Notes under the pieces: model-generated | What the model saw: the letters and a program-made list of their open reading frames with translations, nothing else | Told to the model about the DNA's origin: nothing | The model's database searches: none | Made by a program: the position numbers and the translations under genes | In this document: piece after piece, positions 1 to 9,745 of the stretch | Position numbering within the stretch: position 1 is the stretch's first letter | How the letters are laid out: each line of letters starts with the position of its first letter | From: Ascoidea asiatica JCM 7603 | Taxonomy: Eukaryota; Fungi; Ascomycota | Direction of reading: 5' to 3' | Assembly (NCBI GenBank): GCA_001600695.1 | Contig: BCKQ01000023.1 | Coordinates: 40,940-104,939, forward strand | Length of the DNA: 64,000 bases

Positions 1-1921
1 AATTATTATCATTAATAATATCTAAAGAATAATTTGAATTTTTTATTAATGATAAAAATAAAAGTGATTTATAATATTGAAATGAATAAATTGAAGAAAA
101 TTTTATTGATTTATTGATAAGATTGATATTATTATCTGAGAGTCTCGAATAATCAATTTCATTTTGTATTTGTTTGATTAGTGACTTATTGAATATTTTT
201 TTAGAAATTATTAAACATAAATTATCAAGTAAATTGAATTTAGTTGGATTTAATAAATAATTACTTTGCAAAAAATTGAAATTATCTGAGTTATCAAAAA
301 TTTCATGATATTCATTATTATTAAGAATTTCATTTAAATAATTAAAATTTTTGAAGCTTTTCAAATTTTTTTTAGCTAAAAACCAATAATATAAACCAAA
401 TTTATCTAAAATGAATTTAAAAGGAAAATATAATTTAACTGAAAATAATTTAAAAAAAAAAGAAATTTTTAAAAAATCATTTGAATTTTTATTTGATTTT
501 AATATTAGCATTAATAAATTAGAAATAGTTGAAGTTTGAAAATTATTAAGATTTTTAATATTTTTAATATTTCTAAGAATTTTAAGATTTTTAAGAAATA
601 TAAGATTTTTAAGATTTTTAAGAATAATAAAATTAGTGTAATTATTAATTTTTTTGAATTTTGAAAAATTAATATTTAGTAGACAGAAAGTTATAAAAAT
701 AAAAAATAAAGAAGTTTTAAAGAATAAAGATAATAAGATTATTGAAGAATTTGAATTGAAAATTGGAAAAATTTTAAAAATTAAATTAAATGGTAATGCA
801 AATAAACTATTTTGATCAATTGAATCATAATTATTTAAAGTATTTGAACCAATAATACATGCTAAACCACCAATTAATAATTTTTTTTGTAAATTTTTTG
901 AATTATTATTTAAAGAATTTTTAGAAGTATTTGATGAATGATTTAAATTTGGAGAAGAAAATGGAGATATATTACTTGAAGCTGTATTAGAAGTGAATGA
1001 AGAAGAAGGGGAAATAGGTAATAAATTATTATTATTATTGTTATTATTAATATTATTAGTAGAAGAGTTTATTGGAATATTATTACAAATTATTGATCTT
1101 AAATGATTATTTTCATTTTTTAATAAATTATTTTTATTTTCTAAATGTTTAATATATTCAGTTGCTTTACTTAATATTGTAGCTTTATTTAATTTTTTTG
1201 CAGGTTTTAATCCATCTAAAATTTGAATGTCATTATTATTATTATTTAATGTATTTGTAGTATTATCGTCATCATCAGGATCATCATCGTCATCATAAGA
1301 AGTATTGTTGTTGTTATTATTATTTGAGTTGAGTAAAATCCTTAAAGAAGGTACTGAATCTCTAAGTGCTTTAATTTTTTCATTAATATTTGTTCTATAT
1401 CTTTTTTCAATCATATTATGAGAAGATTTTTGTTTTTTTTGTTTTTTAATAATATGACAACGGGAACTTGAAGGTAATGCATTTGATAAAGATATTCTTT
1501 TAGTATTACTATTACTACTAGTATTGGAGTTGGTATTGGTATTGGTATTGGTATTTTTGTTATTAACATTTATATTAGTTATATCATTAGGAGGAGAATT
1601 TGAATTTGAATTTGAATAATTGAAAGAATCTGTTGAAGAATATGAAGAAGAATGAGTAATGAAGTCATTTAATTGATTTAATTGATTATTATTAAATTTA
1701 GAATTATCTAAAATAACATTATTTAAATCAATATTATTTAAATTTTCTAAATCATTAAAATTATTTATATTAATATTATCAAAAGAAGAATCTTCAAATT
1801 TTAAATTTTTTGGAATTGTAACTGGAATTGAAGTTGGTAAATCATTTTCATTTAGAAAATCATTTTGATTTGTTATTGAAGCTAAAAAAGCATCACAATC
1901 GAAATTAAAATTGGAACTCAT
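1..1921 (-). CDS. CPH2: SREBP-family bHLH transcription factor (Cph2/Sre1/Hms1-like); 3' end lies outside the window
   Basis: Not in the ORF track. Manual translation from the ATG at 1921 gives [12 protein letters not shown]..., then the b[32 protein letters not shown]...[20 protein letters not shown] with the SREBP-diagnostic Tyr (RYR). Two hydrophobic segments follow ([11 protein letters not shown] ~850-880; ~670-745). Confidence 0.85.
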   Translation of the reverse strand, partial: MSSNFNFDCDAFLASITNQNDFLNENDLPTSIPVTIPKNLKFEDSSFDNININNFNDLENLNNIDLNNVILDNSKFNNNQLNQLNDFITHSSSYSSTDSFNYSNSNSNSPPNDITNINVNNKNTNTNTNTNSNTSSNSNTKRISLSNALPSSSRCHIIKKQKKQKSSHNMIEKRYRTNINEKIKALRDSVPSLRILLNSNNNNNNNTSYDDDDDPDDDDNTTNTLNNNNNDIQILDGLKPAKKLNKATILSKATEYIKHLENKNNLLKNENNHLRSIICNNIPINSSTNNINNNNNNNNLLPISPSSSFTSNTASSNISPFSSPNLNHSSNTSKNSLNNNSKNLQKKLLIGGLACIIGSNTLNNYDSIDQNSLFALPFNLIFKIFPIFNSNSSIILLSLFFKTSLFFIFITFCLLNINFSKFKKINNYTNFIILKNLKNLIFLKNLKILRNIKNIKNLNNFQTSTISNLLMLILKSNKNSNDFLKISFFFKLFSVKLYFPFKFILDKFGLYYWFLAKKNLKSFKNFNYLNEILNNNEYHEIFDNSDNFNFLQSNYLLNPTKFNLLDNLCLIISKKIFNKSLIKQIQNEIDYSRLSDNNINLINKSIKFSSIYSFQYYKSLLFLSLIKNSNYSLDIINDNN

Positions 1922-2484
1922 TATTAATATAAATCTTTGTTCGGTGTTTGAAAATAAGTAAGATATATATGTATATGAATGAATTTTTTAAAAGGATATT
2001 TTATTCATTAAAATATACTGAAATATCTTTAAATATATATATATATATATATATATTTGCAAAACTTATAATAAATATCTACTGATATAAGTGAAAGAAG
2101 CAAATGAGAATTAAGGGGATAAAATGATTGATAAATATAATAAAAATTATATATAAAAGTAAAGTTAAGTAATAATAATTGCTAGAAAACAAGAAAGATG
2201 AATCATTTTTGCAGATGAAAGCCAGTTGGAATCAGTAATGATCAAGAAAATATTTAATTAATGAACAAAGATATTATCGAGAATACTGTTTTTAAGAAGA
2301 AAATATCGAGAATCAGCAGCGTTTAGCCCAAACAGAGAAGAAACAAGAATCAATCAAGCGCTGAAGCTGTGGAAAAAGCGAACCTTTTCGAAGCTCGAGA
2401 ACAAAAAGTGAAGCAGAATCAGCAGCGGAGACTCCAACGCCAACTCCAGCGCCTCTGCTTTGTTCCTGGCGTCGTAACCGCATA

Positions 2485-2520
2485 GAATCCTCCGCTGAAT
2501 CCACCGCTGAATCCTCCGCG
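2485..2520 (+). repeat. 12-bp tandem repeat x3, GAATCC(T/A)CCGC(T/G), in a GC-rich divergent promoter
   Basis: Units start at 2485, 2497 and 2509; related GAATCAGCAGCG occurs at ~2310 and ~2416. Confidence 0.85.
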
Positions 2521-2601
2521 CCCACTCTGCCGGCCGTGATTTGCTGGGGGCAGCCCCCGTCATACGATTCCGGGAACCTCCACGAGCGCATGCGCTTACG
2601 C

Positions 2602-2608
2602 TTACCCG
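2602..2608 (+). promoter_or_regulatory. Reb1-type site TTACCCG (also at 6578-6584, 9210-9216 and, reversed, 61363-61369)
   Basis: Exact match to the Reb1 core, recurring in intergenic DNA. Confidence 0.5.
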
Positions 2609-3056
2609 GTACGGTGTCCCGAACAGCTGAGTATGCGGCTAGCGAGCGTGTGTTTTGTCGTTCTTGTTTCTGTATGCTCTTACAACGCTCGGCTCCCTCA
2701 CAAGGTTCACGCCTGGGGCAAGTCTCTCTCGTATCCGGGACAGATTGTTCAATTCTAGTCCCGACTCCACGGCCAGTGGCTATTGTGGTTTCTCAACGCC
2801 ACATCTATGCGGCCGTCGTTCCCAAAAAGGAAATATCATTAGATTCAAATTTTTTTTTTCAATTTTAAAGTACCTTTAACAGTTACCCTTAACCGGTAAT
2901 AATAATAATAATAATAATAATAGTGTCAATAATTATCCAGGAACTGTTACAATCGAGTTATTGAGTATCTTAAATATTATATCGTATTGAATATATTCAG
3001 TATATTAGAAGATTCAATCATTTAAATCAATTGAACTCTTGTCAAAATACTCAAAA

Positions 3057-4136
3057 ATGCTTCATATTCAACCTCCTCAATTTGTCAAAACTTTTTTTAA
3101 TAAGTTTCCATTAATTATTTATGAAGATGAAGAATATCAATCAAATATAAATCAAAATTTAAAAAATCAGTATTTTCTTTATAAATTATCAAATAACAAC
3201 AACAATTCTAATAATATTAGTAATAATGGTTCTTCTCTTTTTACTTTATGTGTTTATGGTCTAGTCAATTATAAAAATTCAACTAATAATAATATTTATT
3301 TAATTTCAACTGATCCAATTTGTCTTTCAATTCAATTAATCTTAAATTTAAAAAATTCTTTATCTTTTCCTTCAATTCATAATAACAATACCAAACCTTA
3401 TAAAATTCAAAATTCAATAATGGTTACTTCTTATCATGCTTCAAATGATCTAAATTTACCACTTTATATTGAAGAAAATTATAATATAACAAAAAAAAAA
3501 TTCTCAAGATCTTTAAATAATTTATTAACAATTAATCAAAATTTATTCACTTATAATACAAATAATTCAATAAATGAACTGAATAAAAGAAAAGAATTAA
3601 TTTTAATTAATTTATTAGATAAATTATTTTATGATAATTATATAATTACAATAATCTTAAATAAAAATTATAAAAAAATTATATCTAAAATTTATTTAAA
3701 TAATCAAATTTTTATTACAAATAATGATAATAATTTATTAAATAATTTATTTATTTATGAAATTTTAAAAACTTTATTAAATAGAAATTCATTTATTTTA
3801 AGAAATCCAAATTTTAAAATAGTCTTAAGTTTTTTACAAATTTCAAATTTAAATAAATTTAATTTAAATATAAATTTTTTAACTGATAAATTATCAAATG
3901 AAATTCATGAAATTTTTATTAATTTAAAATTATTATTAAATAATTTGAATAATTATATTACTAATAAAAAAATTTCTTTAAATAATATTACTTTATTAGA
4001 TTGTAAAATTTCAAGTTATATTATTTCAATTTGTAATATTGATGAATTAAAAAATTCAACTTTATATGATTTAATTTATTATGAATATCCAAATTTAATT
4101 CAATTTTCAAAGGATATTATAGAATCTTTTATGTAA
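3057..4136 (+). CDS. SAM35: Mitochondrial outer membrane SAM complex subunit Sam35 (metaxin-like)
   Basis: N-terminal PQFVKTFFNKFPLIIY and STDPICLSIQLIL resemble Sam35 motifs; GST-like C-terminus LLDCKISSYI. First ATG is at 3057 (the track start is TTG). Confidence 0.8.
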   Translation: MLHIQPPQFVKTFFNKFPLIIYEDEEYQSNINQNLKNQYFLYKLSNNNNNSNNISNNGSSLFTLCVYGLVNYKNSTNNNIYLISTDPICLSIQLILNLKNSLSFPSIHNNNTKPYKIQNSIMVTSYHASNDLNLPLYIEENYNITKKKFSRSLNNLLTINQNLFTYNTNNSINELNKRKELILINLLDKLFYDNYIITIILNKNYKKIISKIYLNNQIFITNNDNNLLNNLFIYEILKTLLNRNSFILRNPNFKIVLSFLQISNLNKFNLNINFLTDKLSNEIHEIFINLKLLLNNLNNYITNKKISLNNITLLDCKISSYIISICNIDELKNSTLYDLIYYEYPNLIQFSKDIIESFM

Positions 4137-4319
4137 CTAATAAAATAGATACTAATTAACATTAAAAATTTTTACTTAAAGTTTAGGAGCAAATTTAGAA
4201 TCCGCTTACGTAATCTTTTTTTGTTTTTTTGTTTTTCATAACCTTATTTAACTTTATATGTATTTCTTATCTTTTTCATTTATATACTGTATATATTTTT
4301 ATATAATTAAAATATCTAA

Positions 4320-5696
4320 TTAATTAACACTTAATTTCTTAATCTCTGATGTCAATTCATTCGATGCTAATTTCTCATTACCCGAATTAGAATGAGAATT
4401 GGAATTAGAAATTGGAATTGGGGCAGGTTCTCTTGGTTCAGAAGATGATTGACTTAATGAATTTGAATTTGATGTTGAAAATTCATAAATATCTAACTCT
4501 GGATTTTTATTTATATCTTCTAAAGTAATAATTGGATATTTTAAAATTTCATTATTATCTCTTAAATCAAATTCACTTAATCCAATAAATTTACCAAATT
4601 TTTCAAATCTATTCATATAATGTAAATTTTTTTCATTTGAAATTTTAATTAATGAATTCCAATAAATTTCATGATCATAAGTAAAATCTAAACATCCTCC
4701 AAAATCTTTATCTAATAAATTCTTTGGTACATAATTTGGAAATGGTTCTGAATAAACTAATTTTTCTCTTGTTAATGGATCTATAAATGGATGAATTAAA
4801 TTTAAAAATGTTCTTGCATACCATGGCATATTAGTTAATAATGCTTTACCTAATCTTTCTGGATAATGAGTTTGTAAAATATGTAAAACACTTTTACCTG
4901 TTGTTAATGATGGCATTTTTGATGTTTCAATTTGAGATGATTTATAACCTTCTTTTTTTAAATCATATGCTTGAAAATCAATTAATAAAGCTAATGAATC
5001 TTGTCCAATTGGCATAAAATTTATAACTTTTTCTAACATTAAAACAAGATGTTGAATTTGTGTTATTGATGGTTTTGTATTTTGTCTACCAGGTTTTAAA
5101 TAAAGACATGGTCTTGCATCTTTATCATAACCTAAAATAACTTGTTTACCAGTTTTATTTTCATTACTAACACTATTAAAATTAACTTTATTTAATTCTT
5201 CAGATTTATTAATATTAAATTCTCTTCTCCATGATAAAGATAATTCAATTCTTTTAATACAATCATTAACAATCCATTTTGTTGCTCTTAAATATCTTAA
5301 AATACATTCTCTTGTTAGCCAAGATCTTTCAAAATCATTTAAAGGAGATTTTGAATTATGATTTGGATCTTTTGAATTTGGATATTCAAAATCATTAACT
5401 TCTTTTAAAGTTAATAAATGTTTTAAAACTTGTAAATATTTCTTTTGTTGATCTTTTGATAATTTTTTTTCAATTGGTGGTTTAACATCATCAGTTGGAA
5501 CAGAAATTGGAATATCTATTTTGATTAAATTTGAATTGAAATCATTTTCATTTTCATTATTATTATTACTATTATTAGTTGAATTTGATTTTGAATGTGA
5601 AACTTTAGAATCTTTTGAAACTTCTTTAGTAATTTGAGATTGAGACTGTTCTTCAGTAGTTGTAGATTTTGTAAATCGTTTTCTTAAGCCAAACAT
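4320..5696 (-). CDS. PDR16: Sec14-like CRAL-TRIO phosphatidylinositol transfer protein (Pdr16/Sfh3)
   Basis: WLTRECILRYLRATKW, TGKQVILGYD, RPCLYLKPGRQNT, LQTHYPERLG, PFIDPLTREKL. Likely start is MFGLRKRF at 5696; an in-frame upstream ATG exists at 5933. Confidence 0.9.
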   Translation of the reverse strand: MFGLRKRFTKSTTTEEQSQSQITKEVSKDSKVSHSKSNSTNNSNNNNENENDFNSNLIKIDIPISVPTDDVKPPIEKKLSKDQQKKYLQVLKHLLTLKEVNDFEYPNSKDPNHNSKSPLNDFERSWLTRECILRYLRATKWIVNDCIKRIELSLSWRREFNINKSEELNKVNFNSVSNENKTGKQVILGYDKDARPCLYLKPGRQNTKPSITQIQHLVLMLEKVINFMPIGQDSLALLIDFQAYDLKKEGYKSSQIETSKMPSLTTGKSVLHILQTHYPERLGKALLTNMPWYARTFLNLIHPFIDPLTREKLVYSEPFPNYVPKNLLDKDFGGCLDFTYDHEIYWNSLIKISNEKNLHYMNRFEKFGKFIGLSEFDLRDNNEILKYPIITLEDINKNPELDIYEFSTSNSNSLSQSSSEPREPAPIPISNSNSHSNSGNEKLASNELTSEIKKLSVN

Positions 5697-6948
5697 ATTT
5701 AAAATTGAGAAAGATATAAAAGAATTAATTAAAAAATGATTTGAAGAATATTTATTATTTAGAATACTATTGTTTGTAAGAGTATTGAGGAGAGAATAAG
5801 AATAAAAGTTAGAATTAGAATTAGAAATAGAATCTGAACTAGAATTAGAATTATGGATATTTTGAATATTAAGTATTGATAATTTAGTAAATACAGTGAA
5901 AAATAAAATTGGTTTAATTGATAAAAAAGGCATTAATTAACATATGAAAAAGAGAGAAAAGAAGGTGAGAAGACAAAATAATCAATGATATTTTCAAATT
6001 TATAAGTTATTGATATCATATTATTAATAAAGTAAAAATTATTTTCAACAGTTATTAGCTAATATTTTTGCTAATAAATTTTTCTGGTATAAGGAATTTC
6101 AATGAAAAATTGCAAGAAATGGATAAGAATTTGATAAGAAATGGGATAAAATCTGGATTTGAACTGGATTTGAAATAAAATTAATATCCACTGGAAAAAT
6201 GCTCAGGCTCCACACCTCAAACACAGAACTAGACCCGGCCATACAAACACATAACAGCGCCAAAACACACCCAGACTCACCATGCGTGCACAGGGCCCTG
6301 CTACTCGGATAAGGAATATCCAGGCGGAAAACAGACCAAGCACCTAAGCTAGTATCCTGTTTCTAGGAGTATGAGTTAGCCTGTTATGGTGTATTACTAA
6401 TCATAAGATCAGCCAATTTTAAAATAAACCGTAAATTAGCTCCTTGTTATAAAGGTTTGGCGGTTACCAAAAACGCCTATTCATCCAACACATTCCATGG
6501 TGGCACATGCAGATTTTGCTAAACCATTCGCTTTCTCGGTTCATTGAAATCCTCGCAACTTCCGACCGGAACCAAAGTTACCCGGCTTTAAATTGCCAGT
6601 TATGTGGCGTAGCAGAGCCCTAATTGGGAAAGTCACGTTTTATTTGAACAATGATTGTATTTCTAGTGCACACTAAAAATTTATATAGGACATTTCACGT
6701 CCTGATTTTTCTTGTCACTCATTTTCTGTGTCGTACTTTTCACTGTGCGCGTTTGCGGTATATTGTGGTCTGTTGGGTAACTCACATCCCTAAAATGTGC
6801 TCTTATTTACTAATCAGTATTGGTTTAACTTCAGTTAAGCTATTTGTATTTATTAAACCTTTAAATGATTACTGAAAGAGGCTCTATTACAACTCCATGT
6901 TCAAAAAGCCAAAATTGAAAAAGAATAAAAAAACAACATTACTTTGAA

Positions 6949-8460
6949 TTAACAATTGAATAATCTTTCCCTAAGATCTTTATCCCAAGCATAAATATAT
7001 AATCCTTTAACCCCTCTTGTTAATAATACATTAATTGAGTTTAAAATAATTTTTTCTTTAATTAAATTGATATCTTTAATATTTTTCTTTTTAGTAAAAG
7101 CTGCATTATCGTCATAAAATTCAGGTAATATTTTGATACAATCATTTTCTGAATCATAGCCAATTGATTTACCTAAAATTACTCCTGCCCAATTTAAATC
7201 AAATCCTTGAATTGTATAAACAGATCCAACTTCTTCAATTGTATCTTCTCTTTCAGACCAAGGAATTTGAATTTCTGGTTTATATCTATCCCATCTAAGT
7301 TTAAAATCATCACATTCAACAAAAAAATCAATATTTTTACCTAATTTATATTCAAAATCATAAGTACATAAAATTCTTGATTGTCCATAAATTTTATTTT
7401 TTTTAATAATTTCATTATACATATTTTGACAATTATCCCAAATTTTAAAATCAAATCCATTTTTACCAAGTTTTAATTTATTATAATCTAATTTTGGATA
7501 AGCTAAAATTTTTTTATTCACTGAAATCTCTTTAATCCAATTTTGTACATCATTTTCGGCAATAACTCTAAATTGATTTTTTAAATTATAAATTTCAAAA
7601 TTATTTGATTTAATTAAATAATTATCTAAATTTGAACCATTATTACCATCTTTAAAATTCCAATATGATCCCATTCTTAAACTTTGTTTATCATCAAATA
7701 CAATAATTAAAACTTTTGAGATTTTCATTAATTCTTCTAAATGATTATTTTGTAAAAATCTTTTAAAAGGATCTTTTGAAGTTGATAAAAGATGAGCTTC
7801 ATCAATTAGAATTATATCTAATTTTTTTTTTTTTTTATTTGAATTATTTAATTTATTTAATTTATTAAATTTATTAATTAAAGAAGTTGGTCTTTCAATA
7901 TCTTTTTTATTTAAATAATGAAAATCTTTTGAAATTCTATGATATAATTTTAACATTTCAGGATGATTAACAACAAGATAATTTTCAGTTCCAATTAGAT
8001 TAATTAATTTATTTTTATAATTTTTATCATTTTTATCATTAATATTACTAAAACCTTTTGAAATTTTTTGAATTTGATCAAATAAAGAATTTAAAATTAC
8101 ACTCTTTCCAGTTCCTGCATCACCTTGAATTACGAAAATTGATGGATTTTTCTCATTATCATTTTTTAAATTATCATTACAAAAATTTAAAATTTTATCT
8201 CTTAATAAAACTTGTTCTTCAGATAATGGAATATTTGAAAGTTTTTCAATTGCATTTTTCACACTAATTTTTTTTCTATCATTATTGCTAATTGATTTAG
8301 AGTTACTTACATTTTCATTTATAGTATTAATTCTTTTTCTCTTATGAGAAACAACTTTAAAATCATTTGTCATATTTGTAAAAGATCTGAATAGTGTTGA
8401 AACTTTTGAAACTCTTGAAAATCTTGAAATCGGTAACCTTTTAAAAAAATTCAAGAACAT
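6949..8460 (-). CDS. DUF2075 / Schlafen group 3-like SF1 helicase-domain protein, bacterial type
   Basis: Walker A GDAGTGKS, Walker B ILIDEAH, FDDKQ, LKNQFR, EVGSVYTIQGFDL, NVLLTRGVKGLYIY. Confidence 0.85.
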   Translation of the reverse strand: MFLNFFKRLPISRFSRVSKVSTLFRSFTNMTNDFKVVSHKRKRINTINENVSNSKSISNNDRKKISVKNAIEKLSNIPLSEEQVLLRDKILNFCNDNLKNDNEKNPSIFVIQGDAGTGKSVILNSLFDQIQKISKGFSNINDKNDKNYKNKLINLIGTENYLVVNHPEMLKLYHRISKDFHYLNKKDIERPTSLINKFNKLNKLNNSNKKKKKLDIILIDEAHLLSTSKDPFKRFLQNNHLEELMKISKVLIIVFDDKQSLRMGSYWNFKDGNNGSNLDNYLIKSNNFEIYNLKNQFRVIAENDVQNWIKEISVNKKILAYPKLDYNKLKLGKNGFDFKIWDNCQNMYNEIIKKNKIYGQSRILCTYDFEYKLGKNIDFFVECDDFKLRWDRYKPEIQIPWSEREDTIEEVGSVYTIQGFDLNWAGVILGKSIGYDSENDCIKILPEFYDDNAAFTKKKNIKDINLIKEKIILNSINVLLTRGVKGLYIYAWDKDLRERLFNC

Positions 8461-9458
8461 GAATTATTATTTAATTGGATTGGTTTAGTATCATTAACTT
8501 ATGATAATTTATAAATAATCAATAAAAAACTTCATAACTCAGGATTTAGAATAGTAAACAAGATAATAAATACTAAGAGAAAATACGAATGAAATCATCA
8601 GAAGGTAAACAGAAAGGTGACAAAAAAAGAACCAAAACCGAGTGAATGAAAATTCCAGTATTGACAAAAATAAGGTATTTGTTAAATGAAAGCCTGAATT
8701 ATGATTTCAAATCGTTCTTCTCTGCCAATTTTCCACACTTTATTTTCTTTCAATTCGGCACTAACAACAAAAGACACTTCAAAAATAAATTCATGCCCCA
8801 CAGCTCCAAAAACAGAAAACTCCGAAAATGACCCACATAACTGGCCTCAATAAATACAAACCACAATCATGGCGACAAAACATTTGACTGCGGTTTTTTT
8901 AACTTCCATGACACGGTTTAATTGAAGTTGAAATCCGCCTCTAAATTATTCGGCTTGTTTTCAGATTTTATCCGCCAACTGACAAAACAAACACAACCCA
9001 AAACGTTGGCCTCATGTCAAAAGACCCTTTTTGTTTTGTTTTGATTAGTCATTGCGTTGCGTTCTGCGCGAAAGTTTTTTTTTTTTGCCTGTTCCGGTGC
9101 GCAGAGAGCACACTGGCTTCCTTATTTATCCGGTAGCGCACCTTTAGTTCCCGAGCGCAGATTCCTTTGAGTGTAAACTCTGGTTTTGCGCAGAATCGGC
9201 GCAGTGTTTTTACCCGCGTGGGGAACTTTTGCAGGCGAAACCAAAAAACACCGCAATTTGCGTGCAAAATATGTCTGGGTACTAACGGGCGGGCGCAACG
9301 CAGATTAGCACAGCGGCCCGGCCGCTATTACGTTATTTTGCGTCGACTTTTTATCAAACTTATTTTTCATGCCATTTGCGATCATGCTGTGGAAAAAAAT
9401 AAAAAAATTTAAAGCAAATTGTGAAGAAATTTTATTCAAATACTCAATATACCAATAG

Positions 9459-9465
9459 TGACTCA
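9459..9465 (+). promoter_or_regulatory. Gcn4 site TGACTCA upstream of LEU4
   Basis: Perfect consensus ~280 bp upstream of an amino-acid biosynthesis gene; variant TTAGTCA at 9045-9051. Confidence 0.7.
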
Positions 9466-9745
9466 GCGAAGTAACGTTACTGAAATGAAATATTTTAAAA
9501 CAAATTATACCTTTTAAAAATTATATAAAACTTTGTATTGATATTGTTTGTATTGAATATATATATACATATATATATAATATTTATATTATATATATTC
9601 TTTATTTATTTCTTTATATATCTTTTTCACTTTACCATTACTCAATTGGGAATCTTAAAAACTTCATATTCACATCAATAATCATAATCACAATCATAAT
9701 TAATAATCATTTTCATAACAACAATCACAATAATATTATTCAATA

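Noticed and set aside
2313-2879. Overlapping 69-110 aa ORFs in the GC island (likewise at 9049-9412, 19887-20216, 22633-23082, 39899-40132, 49074-49308, 57036-57523)
   Set aside because: Stop codons are scarce in GC-rich islands; most starts are non-ATG, no motifs are recognisable, and codon usage is unlike the real genes.
6949-8460. DUF2075 gene as bacterial contamination, or as an SLFN11-like tRNA nuclease
   Set aside because: It is embedded between yeast genes with host-like composition, and no AlbA_2/Schlafen nuclease domain is visible.
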